Shown here: one piece after another, positions 45,387-54,392 of the stretch
Numbering within the stretch: the stretch's first letter is position 1
Layout of the letters: every line of letters starts with the position of its first letter
Origin: a virus
Lineage: Duplodnaviria; Caudoviricetes
IMG/VR virus record: IMGVR_UViG_3300011335_000826
Coordinates: 1 to 64,000 of that record
Reading direction: 5' to 3' (one strand)
DNA: 64,000 nt
Program-made: the position numbers and the translations under genes
Notes under the pieces: generated by a model
Databases searched by the model: none
Told to the model about the DNA's origin: nothing
What the model saw: only the letters and a program-made list of their open reading frames with translations

Positions 45387-45804
45387 TCTACATCTAGATC
45401 TTGAGTTGATAGTGGAACCTGTTGGTCGTCCAGATGTAGAAATTTGGGTAAATCAACAGTTAATACATCAAGGGCAATTATCGGAATCTATCACAGTATC
45501 AAAACAATTACCATTGCTGAAAGAATTTTCAGTCGCGGTGAAGTTGAAAAACAAAGTATACAGTCAAGAATCTGAAACAGCGGTGGTATTAAACCAGTTA
45601 TCTATTGATGGATTTGATATCATCCCACAGTTTACACATCTGGCACGATATGTCAATGATCATGTATTCACTGACCCCACTTGTTATCTTGGATTCAATG
45701 GCGAGTGGAGATTGGAAGTAACTAAACCATTCTATCAATGGCAACATGAAATAACCAGTCAAGGTTGGTTATTTCAACCCTGCAGAATCACTGAGATTCT
45801 TTGA
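45355..45804 (+). CDS. Hypothetical partner of radical SAM, paralog of 14639-15082
   Basis: LKNK...LSIDG...GFNGEWRLEVTKPFYQW. Confidence 0.6.
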   Translation: MKNFSDLLATDLHLDLELIVEPVGRPDVEIWVNQQLIHQGQLSESITVSKQLPLLKEFSVAVKLKNKVYSQESETAVVLNQLSIDGFDIIPQFTHLARYVNDHVFTDPTCYLGFNGEWRLEVTKPFYQWQHEITSQGWLFQPCRITEIL

Positions 45805-46090
45805 ATGTATCTGCTAATATTTTAAATCCGGTACCACTTTGCAATACACAGGCCATGGTCTGATCGTATTGAACCACGGTCCAGGTCAGAGTTTGGGTGT
45901 TTTGTAATATCATGGTATGAGTTCCTGTTTGAGGATCTGCTCCGGCCCATATGGGTTTTTCTTGGGCATTTTGGGTCAACGCCGAGATCACAAATTGAGT
46001 TTTGCCGCAGGTAAATCTGCGTTCATATTCAGATAACTGAGCATGAGCAATTGAGCATATCAAAACGAGTGCGACAAATATGTATTTCAT
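45788..46090 (-). CDS. Small secreted protein
   Basis: Signal peptide AHA-Q; TAAGTA upstream. Confidence 0.65.
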   Translation of the reverse strand: MKYIFVALVLICSIAHAQLSEYERRFTCGKTQFVISALTQNAQEKPIWAGADPQTGTHTMILQNTQTLTWTVVQYDQTMACVLQSGTGFKILADTFKESQ

Positions 46091-46142
46091 GTTACAGATA
46101 CTTATGAAATGCCACTCAAAATTGCCAACTTGAATTGGTGAA

Positions 46143-46199
46143 AAATCGCAACTTTTGTTGGATTCTTTGGTTGACCACTAATGCCCGAAATGCTATAAT
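46143..46199 (+). promoter_or_regulatory. Early sigma70 promoter with AAATCGCAAC box
   Basis: AAATCGCAAC-18-TTGACC-17-TATAAT. Confidence 0.85.
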
Positions 46200-46229
46200 A
46201 CACGCATGTTCAGCAAAAAGGAGTTCCAA

Positions 46230-46502
46230 ATGGATATCAAAGCAATCAACACCGCGATCATCACTGGTTCTTTTACCAACGATCAACTGACATCAATCAT
46301 CGATGCTGTAAAATATGCTCGTAGCCAACTGATCAAGACCAATGTCCGCAGTTTCTCTGTGGGCGACAAGGTCCGGTTCACCAGCAACAAAAACGGCATG
46401 ACTTATGTTGGTGAAGTGGAGAAGGTCAAACTGAAGTTTGTGCTGGTCAAGACGCCCACTACTCGTTGGAATGTGCCTGCCAACATGCTGGAAGCCGCAT
46501 AA
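46230..46502 (+). CDS. Small SH3-like beta-barrel protein
   Basis: AAGGAG SD; FSVGDKVRF...GEVEKV. Confidence 0.7.
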   Translation: MDIKAINTAIITGSFTNDQLTSIIDAVKYARSQLIKTNVRSFSVGDKVRFTSNKNGMTYVGEVEKVKLKFVLVKTPTTRWNVPANMLEAA

Positions 46503-46507
46503 AGCGG

Positions 46508-46536
46508 TTGACCAGAAACAGATCGAGTGCTATAAT
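46508..46536 (+). promoter_or_regulatory. Early sigma70 promoter
   Basis: TTGACC-17-TATAAT. Confidence 0.8.
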
Positions 46537-46650
46537 ACACACATAGACAAACAAGGTTGCTCCAAAAAGCGAGACACGCGAAAGCAAAAAGTCAAGCAAG
46601 GAGCATTAAATGGGCAGAGCCCAGCCAATCTTTTTAACCTGGAGAACAGC

Positions 46651-46917
46651 ATGACAGCATTGCAAGCATACATCAACCAGAAGAACAAGTGGAACGCCAT
46701 CTTCAAGGGTGAGCAGTTTGAACTTGAAACAGCCAAAGGTCGTCAACGAGTAGCAGACAGTCTGGATGCAGACTTGAGTCCCGAGAACCTAACCTGCGAT
46801 GGCGAACTGAGCCGTAGCCAGATTCGGGCCAAGCATAGTGCCCTGACAGCGGCTGCAACTGAGTTGTTCCGCATGGATCCTAGCGTTCGAATCTACGAAC
46901 TTTACACTGGAGAATAA
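46651..46917 (+). CDS. Hypothetical early protein
   Basis: GGAG SD; LSPENLTCDGE motif. Confidence 0.7.
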   Translation: MTALQAYINQKNKWNAIFKGEQFELETAKGRQRVADSLDADLSPENLTCDGELSRSQIRAKHSALTAAATELFRMDPSVRIYELYTGE

Positions 46918-46918
46918 C

Positions 46919-47137
46919 ATGAACCAAATTACCTCAGCCGTTGGCGCATTCATTATCGTAGTCGCAGGTGCTCTGTTCGTATCCTTCCTACTGGCCTGGC
47001 CTGTGATGGAACTGTGGAATGGTTGCCTTGTGCCCGCAGTCAACGGTGTCAACAAGATTGAGTGGCTACAGGCATGGGGCCTGCAATTCCTGATCAACAT
47101 GCTGTTCAAAGTTTCTATCGTCAACAAGAAGGGCTAA
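46919..47137 (+). CDS. Small membrane protein
   Basis: Two hydrophobic segments. Confidence 0.65.
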   Translation: MNQITSAVGAFIIVVAGALFVSFLLAWPVMELWNGCLVPAVNGVNKIEWLQAWGLQFLINMLFKVSIVNKKG

Positions 47138-47138
47138 C

Positions 47139-47369
47139 ATGAACTTGAAAATTAAAGCACTCGTCCACACCGTAGGTCTCATTGTGGGGACCATTGCGGT
47201 CTCCCTAGGACTTACTTACATTGGCAGTCTATTGACACGCGACCAGGTGGGCTGGATCCTGGCATCAGCAGTAGTTGGAGGTTTTATCTACCTGGTGTAT
47301 GGAATCATGCTGAGCCGCCTAGAGTATCGAGCCGCTTTGGAAAAAATCAATCAACCGGTGGACGAATGA
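47139..47369 (+). CDS. Small 2-TM membrane protein
   Basis: Two hydrophobic helices. Confidence 0.65.
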   Translation: MNLKIKALVHTVGLIVGTIAVSLGLTYIGSLLTRDQVGWILASAVVGGFIYLVYGIMLSRLEYRAALEKINQPVDE

Positions 47370-47533
47370 ATCAGTCATTCCGTGAGTGGCTGGCTGAACT
47401 GTGGCGTCAGAACTGCGACGAGCATGATGGTTGGGGCCAACCACGCTACACCCTGCAGGAATACTTCGCACGGTACAAGTGGTGGCTCAAGCGTGAATAT
47501 CGATATCAACGCCACGCTCGCCGCGTGAGCTAA
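47366..47533 (+). CDS. Small Trp/Tyr-rich protein (55 aa)
   Basis: ATGA overlap; FREWLAELW...YKWWLKREY. Confidence 0.6.
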   Translation: MNQSFREWLAELWRQNCDEHDGWGQPRYTLQEYFARYKWWLKREYRYQRHARRVS

Positions 47534-47542
47534 GGACACAAG

Positions 47543-47890
47543 ATGAAATGGTTTGCTGAGACAACTGAGTGGAAGGACATGGCTCCCAACCATGTGTATC
47601 TCATGGATGATGCCAAGAGCAAAATGTTTGCTTATGTGCCACAAGGAGCCAGCTGCCCAACCATCTTCAAGGCACCTATCCGCATCGATATTCGTGGACG
47701 CAAATTCAAAATCAACCCTGTGCAGTTCAAGACTGATATAGCACCACCTGAGCCCGAAGGCCGTATTTGGGAAATCAAGGGTAGCAAGGGCGATATATAC
47801 AAGGTCACTGAAGTGCGCGGCGAATATGCTTGCACCTGCTCGGGATTTAAATTCCGCGGTGACTGTAAACATATCAAACAAGTGCAATGA
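47543..47890 (+). CDS. SWIM zinc-finger protein
   Basis: CTCSGFKFRGDCKH. Confidence 0.8.
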   Translation: MKWFAETTEWKDMAPNHVYLMDDAKSKMFAYVPQGASCPTIFKAPIRIDIRGRKFKINPVQFKTDIAPPEPEGRIWEIKGSKGDIYKVTEVRGEYACTCSGFKFRGDCKHIKQVQ

Positions 47891-48618
47891 CAACACCTGC
47901 ATGGTTACCTGACAAAAGATATTATGAATATCTCAACCATAAGATACGCACCCCGGGCGTAGAATGGGACACTTGGCGTCCTTGGGATCAATGGACTTAT
48001 CCAGATGAAGTGATTACATGGCTAAGTCATCTGATTGAAAAACAAATCCCCCACATACAAAACCGCCGCGTTTTGGATGCTGGATGTGCTCAGGGCTTTG
48101 TGAGTCTGTTCTGTCTCCACAACAATGCCAGCTATGTGACTGGGCTGGATGTAAGAGATACCCCGCTGGAACTGGCCAGAGAAGTGACCCAGTTGGCCGG
48201 ATATTCAAACTGCAACTTTAAGGTAGGGGACATCCAAGGTCCAGAATTTCGAAAGTTATGCGATGACCACGATACTGTGCTCATATCAGGAACACTGCAA
48301 TATCTCACAGATCATTACTCTGTGCTACGCACCATTGCAGAATCCCGTGCCCAAACAGTTATACTGAATTCATGCACCTCGCCCATACATGCAGACTCCC
48401 AACCTGTGGTAGAATGGAGTTTGAAGCCCACCACACAGGTAGAAGAAGCAGACTATAATCAACCATATCATCCAACACGCACTGAGCTATTTCTTGGCCA
48501 ACCCAATCATACATGGACAGAACAGGCACTGCGCTCACTAGGATATAAAATCACCTACAGTGAGATTTGGCAATACGGGCCTTGGATACACTATGTTCTA
48601 ACAGGAACCAAATCATGA
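47887..48618 (+). CDS. Class I SAM-dependent methyltransferase
   Basis: RVLDAGCAQG motif I; VTGLD; GTLQYL. Confidence 0.85.
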   Translation: MTTPAWLPDKRYYEYLNHKIRTPGVEWDTWRPWDQWTYPDEVITWLSHLIEKQIPHIQNRRVLDAGCAQGFVSLFCLHNNASYVTGLDVRDTPLELAREVTQLAGYSNCNFKVGDIQGPEFRKLCDDHDTVLISGTLQYLTDHYSVLRTIAESRAQTVILNSCTSPIHADSQPVVEWSLKPTTQVEEADYNQPYHPTRTELFLGQPNHTWTEQALRSLGYKITYSEIWQYGPWIHYVLTGTKS

Positions 48619-48761
48619 TCTATGTATTTTATTTTGTGGTCGGTATGTATGCAATATCCGTGGGTGGTGGATTGGCTGTGAGTTGGTTGATCCAGAGGTT
48701 TGGTACCTTTGGCTCGGATCATAGCCACACCAACATCAAACCACCCCAAAATCCCCAGTAA
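48615..48761 (+). CDS. Small membrane peptide
   Basis: ATGA overlap; hydrophobic N-half. Confidence 0.45.
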   Translation: MIYVFYFVVGMYAISVGGGLAVSWLIQRFGTFGSDHSHTNIKPPQNPQ

Positions 48762-48837
48762 ATCCTGCTATTGCTCGCAGTATCTGTAAATAAAATCCAG
48801 CACACTAACAATCGTGCTTAACAAAGGAGTTTATTTT

Positions 48838-49068
48838 ATGGACAATGTAATGACAAAGGCAAATGGCCTACTTTCCGGTATCATCGATATCGGTATCAAA
48901 CTGATTGCCGCTGGCGTGATTCTGCAGATTCTCTTCGGAGCCGCAGTTCCCTTCCTGGCAATCGATGTGACCGCAAGCCTGTTGAAATTCGTGGGTGCCC
49001 TGGGCAGCCAAGGATTGGTTGGTTTGGCAGCACTGGGCGTGATCTATTGGTCCTTCACTAAGAAGTAA
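48838..49068 (+). CDS. Small 2-TM late membrane protein
   Basis: TAAATA upstream, AAGGAG SD; two TMs. Confidence 0.75.
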   Translation: MDNVMTKANGLLSGIIDIGIKLIAAGVILQILFGAAVPFLAIDVTASLLKFVGALGSQGLVGLAALGVIYWSFTKK

Positions 49069-49086
49069 ACTCCAATAGCACAAACT

Positions 49087-49113
49087 AAAAAGCCCCTTAA
49101 TGGGGCTTTTTTT
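49087..49113. terminator. Bidirectional Rho-independent terminator
   Basis: AAAAAGCCCC-TTAAT-GGGGCTTTTTTT. Confidence 0.85.
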
Positions 49114-49543
49114 ATTTGTAAATGTAGTTGATGGTGTTGGGATTTTCGCGCAGTTCTCTGGCACCATTCTTGAGATGGAATCGTCGAGCCATCTCGGTCT
49201 TGGGACTCAAGGTCACATAGGTCTGTATGCCAGGAAATTCGGTCTCTATCGACTTTTGGGCTTCTTGGATCAACACACGGCCAGCACCAGCAGCATAACT
49301 CCAGATGGTGTAAAAAACCGCAGTTGTGGCACTCTCGACCAATTCGGCCATGTCTTCTACAGCAGCAGGAACCGATTCAAGGAACTTCACACAGGTAACT
49401 GCGGCAGTTTCCTCGCCTTGTTTCCAAACATAGATTCGACTATTGCTGTTCACACGGTCGCTGAGCGGTATCTCGGGCCGCACCGGGTCGTCTTTGATGA
49501 GATTCAATAGGTAGTCGTTGGGTTGGGTGATGGTGTGTAACAT
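49112..49543 (-). CDS. Conserved hypothetical (GNAT-like fold possible)
   Basis: FYTIWSY..GAGR..I; VTLSP; FHLKNGA; TAAATA and GGAGG upstream. Confidence 0.65.
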   Translation of the reverse strand: MLHTITQPNDYLLNLIKDDPVRPEIPLSDRVNSNSRIYVWKQGEETAAVTCVKFLESVPAAVEDMAELVESATTAVFYTIWSYAAGAGRVLIQEAQKSIETEFPGIQTYVTLSPKTEMARRFHLKNGARELRENPNTINYIYK

Positions 49544-49696
49544 GGGTGCCTCCGGTTACACGGTTATTTATGTGCGCCGTTTATTTTTTAGATATTTTGG
49601 CAAAGTTGATTGCCAAAAAGTATTGCACATCAGTTACAGATCGCTTATACTGTGATCATGCTGTGGCAACAGCATCTTTCATAGGAGATTAAAAAT

Positions 49697-49960
49697 ATGC
49701 GAATTAGCGAAAACACCAAGACCTTCAAACTGTTCACAGCCCTGCAAGCAGGCGAAAGCGTGAGCCCCAGCCAAGCTGAAAAGCGTTTTGGTATCAAGAA
49801 CATGAGTGCTGAGATCAGCCGTGTGCGTCAAGCAGGTTTTGCAGTTTATGCGAACCGTCGTGTGGCTGCTAACCATGTTGCAGTGACCGAATACCGTATC
49901 GGTAAGCCAAGCCGCAAACTGGTGGCTGCTGGTTACCGAGCAATGGCGTTGGGTCTGTAA
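49697..49960 (+). CDS. Winged-helix DNA-binding protein
   Basis: SQAEKRFGIKNMSAEISRVRQAG; promoter TTGCAC-17-TATACT at 49623-49651. Confidence 0.75.
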   Translation: MRISENTKTFKLFTALQAGESVSPSQAEKRFGIKNMSAEISRVRQAGFAVYANRRVAANHVAVTEYRIGKPSRKLVAAGYRAMALGL

Positions 49961-49982
49961 TCTTTCGAGATTAGCCCGGAAC

Positions 49983-50008
49983 AAAACCCTGCATTGGCAG
50001 GGTTTTTT
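49983..50008 (+). terminator. Rho-independent terminator, followed by promoter TTGACC-17-TATACT (50010-50038)
   Basis: AAAACCCTGC-ATTG-GCAGGGTTTTTT. Confidence 0.85.
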
Positions 50009-50060
50009 CTTGACCAGAAATCCAACTTCGTGTATACTACACAGGTAAAGGAATCAATGG

Positions 50061-50513
50061 ATGATCAAACAACTTTTTACCCGATTAGGCCGCTATCGCG
50101 TTATCCGTGATCGGCTAGATGATGAACCCTACTTGGAACGCTACTATGTGTTCCTCAAAGACCGTGAGCGTTTTCCGTTCAACATGTTTGTGCATAAGTT
50201 CTTGAAGTCAGATCCAGACGATGTGCATGATCATCCGTGGCCATTTGCCACTCTGATCTTGAAAGGTGGCTATTGGGAATGGACACCCACTTTTGACGCC
50301 GAAGGTCGCAAAACAGGCGAAGTGGCTCGTTGGTATGGTGCGGGCAGTTTCCGCACAGCACGAGCCAACACCTATCACAGGATCGAACTGGATCCTGCTA
50401 TCACATGCTGGACATTGTTCATGCCCGGTCCCAAACAGCGTGATTGGGGCTTCTTGGTGCGGAATCAGTGGATCCAGTGGGAACAATATCTTAAACAAAG
50501 GAAAGCAGCATGA
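50061..50513 (+). CDS. Cupin-fold protein
   Basis: HDHPW..LILKGGYWE...YHRIEL. Confidence 0.75.
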   Translation: MIKQLFTRLGRYRVIRDRLDDEPYLERYYVFLKDRERFPFNMFVHKFLKSDPDDVHDHPWPFATLILKGGYWEWTPTFDAEGRKTGEVARWYGAGSFRTARANTYHRIELDPAITCWTLFMPGPKQRDWGFLVRNQWIQWEQYLKQRKAA

Positions 50514-50827
50514 ACTGGTTTAAAAAGATGGTAGCCAAGTGGGTAAAGGAAGATTGGGAAAATGCTGGCATTACCAGCATGGAAGCCAATTCTCTAATCA
50601 AACCTCGCCGAGGCTTATCGGTTCAGAGCAATAGTGATAGCATTGATGGCCACGCAGGCTTGAACATCACTGTGATGAGTGCAATCGGTGGCAAGATCGT
50701 CACATTCCGGCACTACGACCGCCGCAAAGACGACACCAACTATCGCCATTATGTGATCCCGGACGAACTGGATTTTGAACGCGAACTGGGCAAGATGATC
50801 ACAATGGAATCAATCCGTCAAGCATAA
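50510..50827 (+). CDS. Hypothetical protein
   Basis: ATGA overlap. Confidence 0.7.
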   Translation: MNWFKKMVAKWVKEDWENAGITSMEANSLIKPRRGLSVQSNSDSIDGHAGLNITVMSAIGGKIVTFRHYDRRKDDTNYRHYVIPDELDFERELGKMITMESIRQA

Positions 50828-50834
50828 CTACATC

Positions 50835-51170
50835 ATGATAGACTTTATTATACCCGTTTTTGTTGGTGTGGTTCTTGGTGTGATGATCCTGCAATTGATC
50901 AACATCTACCGAGCCTGGCGTGAGTTCAATGAGACAGATCACGAGGTGGAAGAGTTTGTGGATAAAATGGTAAAACAAAAGTTGATTATTTTGGATATAG
51001 AGGCCGTAGACGGGCAGTTTATGTGTTATAATAGTCTAACGAAAGAATTCGTGTGCATGGGGCAAAATATGACGGAAGTGCAAGAAAGATTCCGACAACG
51101 CTATCCTCACAAGGAAGCAGCCTTGATCAAAGAGGACCCTGTGGCACAACAACTGAAAGCAACTGTATGA
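50835..51170 (+). CDS. Hypothetical protein with N-terminal TM
   Basis: Hydrophobic N-term; FVCMG. Confidence 0.7.
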   Translation: MIDFIIPVFVGVVLGVMILQLINIYRAWREFNETDHEVEEFVDKMVKQKLIILDIEAVDGQFMCYNSLTKEFVCMGQNMTEVQERFRQRYPHKEAALIKEDPVAQQLKATV

Positions 51171-52051
51171 AAATCGCATTAGCAAGTGATGTCCACCTAG
51201 AGTTTGGACCACTGGAAATCAACAATACTGACGGGGCTGATGTGCTCATCCTCAGCGGTGACATCTGTGTGGCTCGTGATCTTGGTGATCGCGATGTGCA
51301 TAACCTATTGGGTGAGCATACCAAGAGTCACAGATACCATACATTCTTTGAATACTGTGCCGCACGGTTTCCTAATGTGATCTACATCGCAGGCAATCAT
51401 GAGCACTACAACGGTGATTATGCCACCTCGATTCCACATTTGAAAGACAAGTTGAGTTACTTGAAGAACCTGCATGTGTTGGAAAAAGAAACTATCACAC
51501 TAGGTGATGTGACCTTTGTGTGTGGAACCCTGTGGACCAACATGAACAAAGAAGATCCGCGCACACTGAGCAGTATCCGTGGCATGATGAATGACTACAG
51601 GGTGATCCGTAACAGCAGCAAAAAAGTAACATTCAAAAGTTACATGCCCGATCCTGAGAATCCTGACAAAGACATCTTTACATTTCAGGAGCGTGATGCC
51701 ACTTTCTGCCCAGAGGATTCCGTTGAAGATCACAAGGCCATGCTTGCTGTGATCCGTGAGGCTGTGGCTGAGAACCCTGCTGGAAAGTTTGTGGTGGTAG
51801 GACATCACTCGCCCAGCAAACTCAGCACCAAGCCAGAGTATGAACGCGATGTCATCGTGAATGGTGCGTATAGTTCAGACTTGAGCGAGTTGATGTTGGA
51901 TCATCCGCAGATCCGTATGTGGACACATGGGCACACTCATCATGAGTTCGACTACATGATTGGCACATGCCGAGTGGTATGCAACCCACGCGGCTATCAT
52001 GGGTATGAGCCGCAGGCTGCGGATTGGCAGTTGAAAACTTTTGAGGTGTAG
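51167..52051 (+). CDS. Calcineurin-like metallophosphoesterase
   Basis: SDVHLE, SGDI, GNHEHY, GHHSP, HGHTH. Confidence 0.92.
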   Translation: MKIALASDVHLEFGPLEINNTDGADVLILSGDICVARDLGDRDVHNLLGEHTKSHRYHTFFEYCAARFPNVIYIAGNHEHYNGDYATSIPHLKDKLSYLKNLHVLEKETITLGDVTFVCGTLWTNMNKEDPRTLSSIRGMMNDYRVIRNSSKKVTFKSYMPDPENPDKDIFTFQERDATFCPEDSVEDHKAMLAVIREAVAENPAGKFVVVGHHSPSKLSTKPEYERDVIVNGAYSSDLSELMLDHPQIRMWTHGHTHHEFDYMIGTCRVVCNPRGYHGYEPQAADWQLKTFEV

Positions 52052-52052
52052 T

Positions 52053-52232
52053 ATGACTGAAGCAACAAAATCCTGGACAGTGACCCTTGAAGAAGCCGAC
52101 GACGGAAGTGGTGACCTTGTACTACCATTCCCGCAGGACATGCTGGATGAAGTGGGGTGGAATCCCGGCGACAACTTGAAGTGGGCGGACCGTGGAGATG
52201 GCACTTGGGAAATCCGCAAGGTTGAAGAATGA
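52053..52232 (+). CDS. AbrB/MazE/SpoVT-like small protein
   Basis: DLVLPFPQDMLDEVGWNPGDNLKW. Confidence 0.75.
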   Translation: MTEATKSWTVTLEEADDGSGDLVLPFPQDMLDEVGWNPGDNLKWADRGDGTWEIRKVEE

Positions 52233-52453
52233 ACGAACGAATTAGACAACTTGCTGAACAGGCTTCGACCACAACAACCTCATATTATGATGGCAGAGGT
52301 AATGTGACTCAAACTGTTTTTGATAAAGAAAAGTTCGCCGAGTTGATTGTGCAGGAATGTGCTGGCCGGGTGGATCATATCCTGCGTGAGCGGCAGGCGG
52401 GCGGTGGAACCATGGGTGATGACATTAGAGAACATTTCGGAGTTGAAGAATGA
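52229..52453 (+). CDS. MNERIRQLAEQA-family small protein
   Basis: Paralog of 20315. Confidence 0.7.
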   Translation: MNERIRQLAEQASTTTTSYYDGRGNVTQTVFDKEKFAELIVQECAGRVDHILRERQAGGGTMGDDIREHFGVEE

Positions 52454-52725
52454 AACAAAAACTAATAGATCAACTTTTACACAAGGCTGGTGCTCGCTTT
52501 GGTGCCGAGGGCACTGACTATTCCGATTTTACATCAAGCAAGTTTGCTGAACTGATCATCAACGAATGTATCGACCAAGTGGCAGGAACAAAGATCGTGG
52601 GTCAGTTATCAGGAGACAAGTTTGCTGAATTATCTGAATCAGCCGACAACAAATACAAACAGTGGAACAATGCATTGGTCATTGCCACTATGAATGTTAG
52701 AGATCACTTTGGAATCAAAGAATGA
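52450..52725 (+). CDS. Related small protein (KFAELIINEC...VRDHFG)
   Basis: Shares KFAELI..EC and HFG motifs with 52229. Confidence 0.7.
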   Translation: MKQKLIDQLLHKAGARFGAEGTDYSDFTSSKFAELIINECIDQVAGTKIVGQLSGDKFAELSESADNKYKQWNNALVIATMNVRDHFGIKE

Positions 52726-52916
52726 AAGTATACAAAGTTCGCCACGCAGAGACCAAGTTGTTCCGTACAGCAGGGGTATACACACGCTGGGACCGAGTGG
52801 GCAAGACCTGGGATACTATTGGCAAACTACGAACCATGATAACTTGTTCTCTAAAATTTAGAGACGTCAATAACGATTTTGGCAACTGGCAAATGAAAAA
52901 AGAAGTAAATCATTGA
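52722..52916 (+). CDS. Hypothetical protein, C-terminus possibly truncated
   Basis: KTWDTIGKLRT motif; ends inside endonuclease remnant. Confidence 0.55.
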   Translation: MKVYKVRHAETKLFRTAGVYTRWDRVGKTWDTIGKLRTMITCSLKFRDVNNDFGNWQMKKEVNH

Positions 52917-53017
52917 CTGGAAAACAAAAGCCAGTTATACTGTGCCCACACTGTGGAAAATCTGGTGGTGCTCCACAAATGAAACAATGGCATTTCGATA
53001 AATGTAAAGGAAAATAA
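52889..53017 (+). pseudogene. Remnant C-terminus of NUMOD3-type homing endonuclease
   Basis: Start-less frame ANEKRSKSLTGKQKPVILCPHCGKSGGAPQMKQWHFDKCKGK*. Confidence 0.65.
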
Positions 53018-53018
53018 A

Positions 53019-53699
53019 ATGCGTGTCTGGATATCTAACTACCGTAATCACTGGGTCAGCCCCTACACCATCCTCAAAGCCATTTGCTTCTGGGAAAAAG
53101 ACGACGATGTGTTTTACAACCATCTCGACGAACCCAACCACAAATACGACAAGTGGATCAACCGCCTGACTCCGTTCTGCACTGCATGGATGAAGTTCTT
53201 GGACTTTGTGCATCCCAAGATTGAGTATGTGAAGATCGACTACTACGACACTTGGAGCATGGATCACACCCTGGCTCACATGATCCTGCCCATGCTCAAG
53301 CAACTGAAAGCCACCAAACATGGTGCTCCGTTAGTGGACGATGAAGATGTGCCCGAAGGCGTTGGCCTGCGTAGCACAGAAGCAGGCCCAAAAGAAAACG
53401 AATGGGACACTGACGACAATCACTTTAAGCGTTGGGATTGGGTGTTGGATGAGATGATCTTTGCGTTTGAATGCAAAATGGATGACTCCTGGGAAGATGC
53501 ATTCCGCGAAGGCGAGATCGACTGGAAATGGAAGGTGTCCAATACTGATCCTGTGACCGGTAAACCCACTTTGTATCAGACTGAAGACGGCCCCAACCAC
53601 ACCTACAAGTGCGATTACGAAGGCATGCGAGTGGTTGAGAAACGCATCCAGAACGGCTTCCGACTGTTTGGTCGATACTACCAGAATCTCTGGGACTGA
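53019..53699 (+). CDS. Conserved phage hypothetical protein
   Basis: DTWSMDHTLA...RWDWVLDEMIFAF...GRYYQNLWD. Confidence 0.8.
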   Translation: MRVWISNYRNHWVSPYTILKAICFWEKDDDVFYNHLDEPNHKYDKWINRLTPFCTAWMKFLDFVHPKIEYVKIDYYDTWSMDHTLAHMILPMLKQLKATKHGAPLVDDEDVPEGVGLRSTEAGPKENEWDTDDNHFKRWDWVLDEMIFAFECKMDDSWEDAFREGEIDWKWKVSNTDPVTGKPTLYQTEDGPNHTYKCDYEGMRVVEKRIQNGFRLFGRYYQNLWD

Positions 53700-54160
53700 T
53701 GAGCAATGTCCTCAAAGGGCGTGATAGCTTTGATGCTACCGCTGGCAATGTATTGGTGCCGTTTATCAATCGGAGTGCGGTTCCTTACGCCACAGAAAGT
53801 TCCGGGCCCAAGTTTGATCTTGTGCCTGTGGAAAAGCAAAAAGACATCATGCTCAACGTGGCCAGAATGCATGCCCAACAGGAATATGATCGGATCATGG
53901 AACTGGTGAGTGTGCTGGAGCGTCAAGCTCAACAGATCAAACGGCGACTGGAGATCACGGATGCTGTGCATGCCGCAGAGTATCAGTTCCAGATAGCACA
54001 TGGAAAGAACTATTGGTTGGTGTATGACACAAGGAAAAACATCAATCGATTGTGCATGCGAGGCCCCGAGGGTTGGAGTTCAGGTCCACCAGAGGATTAT
54101 CAATATATCGCCCAGGTGCAATGGCTAGGTGATCACTCATGGATAGAAGTGAATGTTTAA
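53699..54160 (+). CDS. DUF2452-like protein
   Basis: PYATESSGPKF...QQEYDRIME...LGDHSW. Confidence 0.7.
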   Translation: MSNVLKGRDSFDATAGNVLVPFINRSAVPYATESSGPKFDLVPVEKQKDIMLNVARMHAQQEYDRIMELVSVLERQAQQIKRRLEITDAVHAAEYQFQIAHGKNYWLVYDTRKNINRLCMRGPEGWSSGPPEDYQYIAQVQWLGDHSWIEVNV

Positions 54161-54392
54161 AAATCTAATAGATCAGTTAGAGGCAACCAAAACCCGGGCC
54201 AGAGAGTTACGGATCACCCGCACAGATTTCGAACATTGGCAAAAACTTTACACCTGGGATGCCATAAAGGGCATAGCATATGGAGAGAGTTTCTGCAAGT
54301 ATTTTGAAATCTATGATGTGTTTTTGATGGTCATGAAGCATTGGGCCACAGCGGATCTAGAACTGTATATCCAGGAAGAGTATGTGGTCTGA
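54153..54392 (+). CDS. Hypothetical protein
   Basis: ORF; YGESFCKYF. Confidence 0.6.
   Translation: MFKNLIDQLEATKTRARELRITRTDFEHWQKLYTWDAIKGIAYGESFCKYFEIYDVFLMVMKHWATADLELYIQEEYVV

Noticed and set aside
46540-46630. Twister or hammerhead ribozyme, or c-di-GMP riboswitch
   Set aside because: Core motifs (CUGANGA/GAAA; GGUCxxAAGCCC; GGCAAACC) are absent or misplaced.
47375-47902. Long antisense ORFs in the track (e.g. 47375-47902, 58794-59345, 62794-63360, 18676-19236, 25286-25807)
   Set aside because: They shadow well-supported genes on the opposite strand and have no SD, promoter or recognisable motifs.
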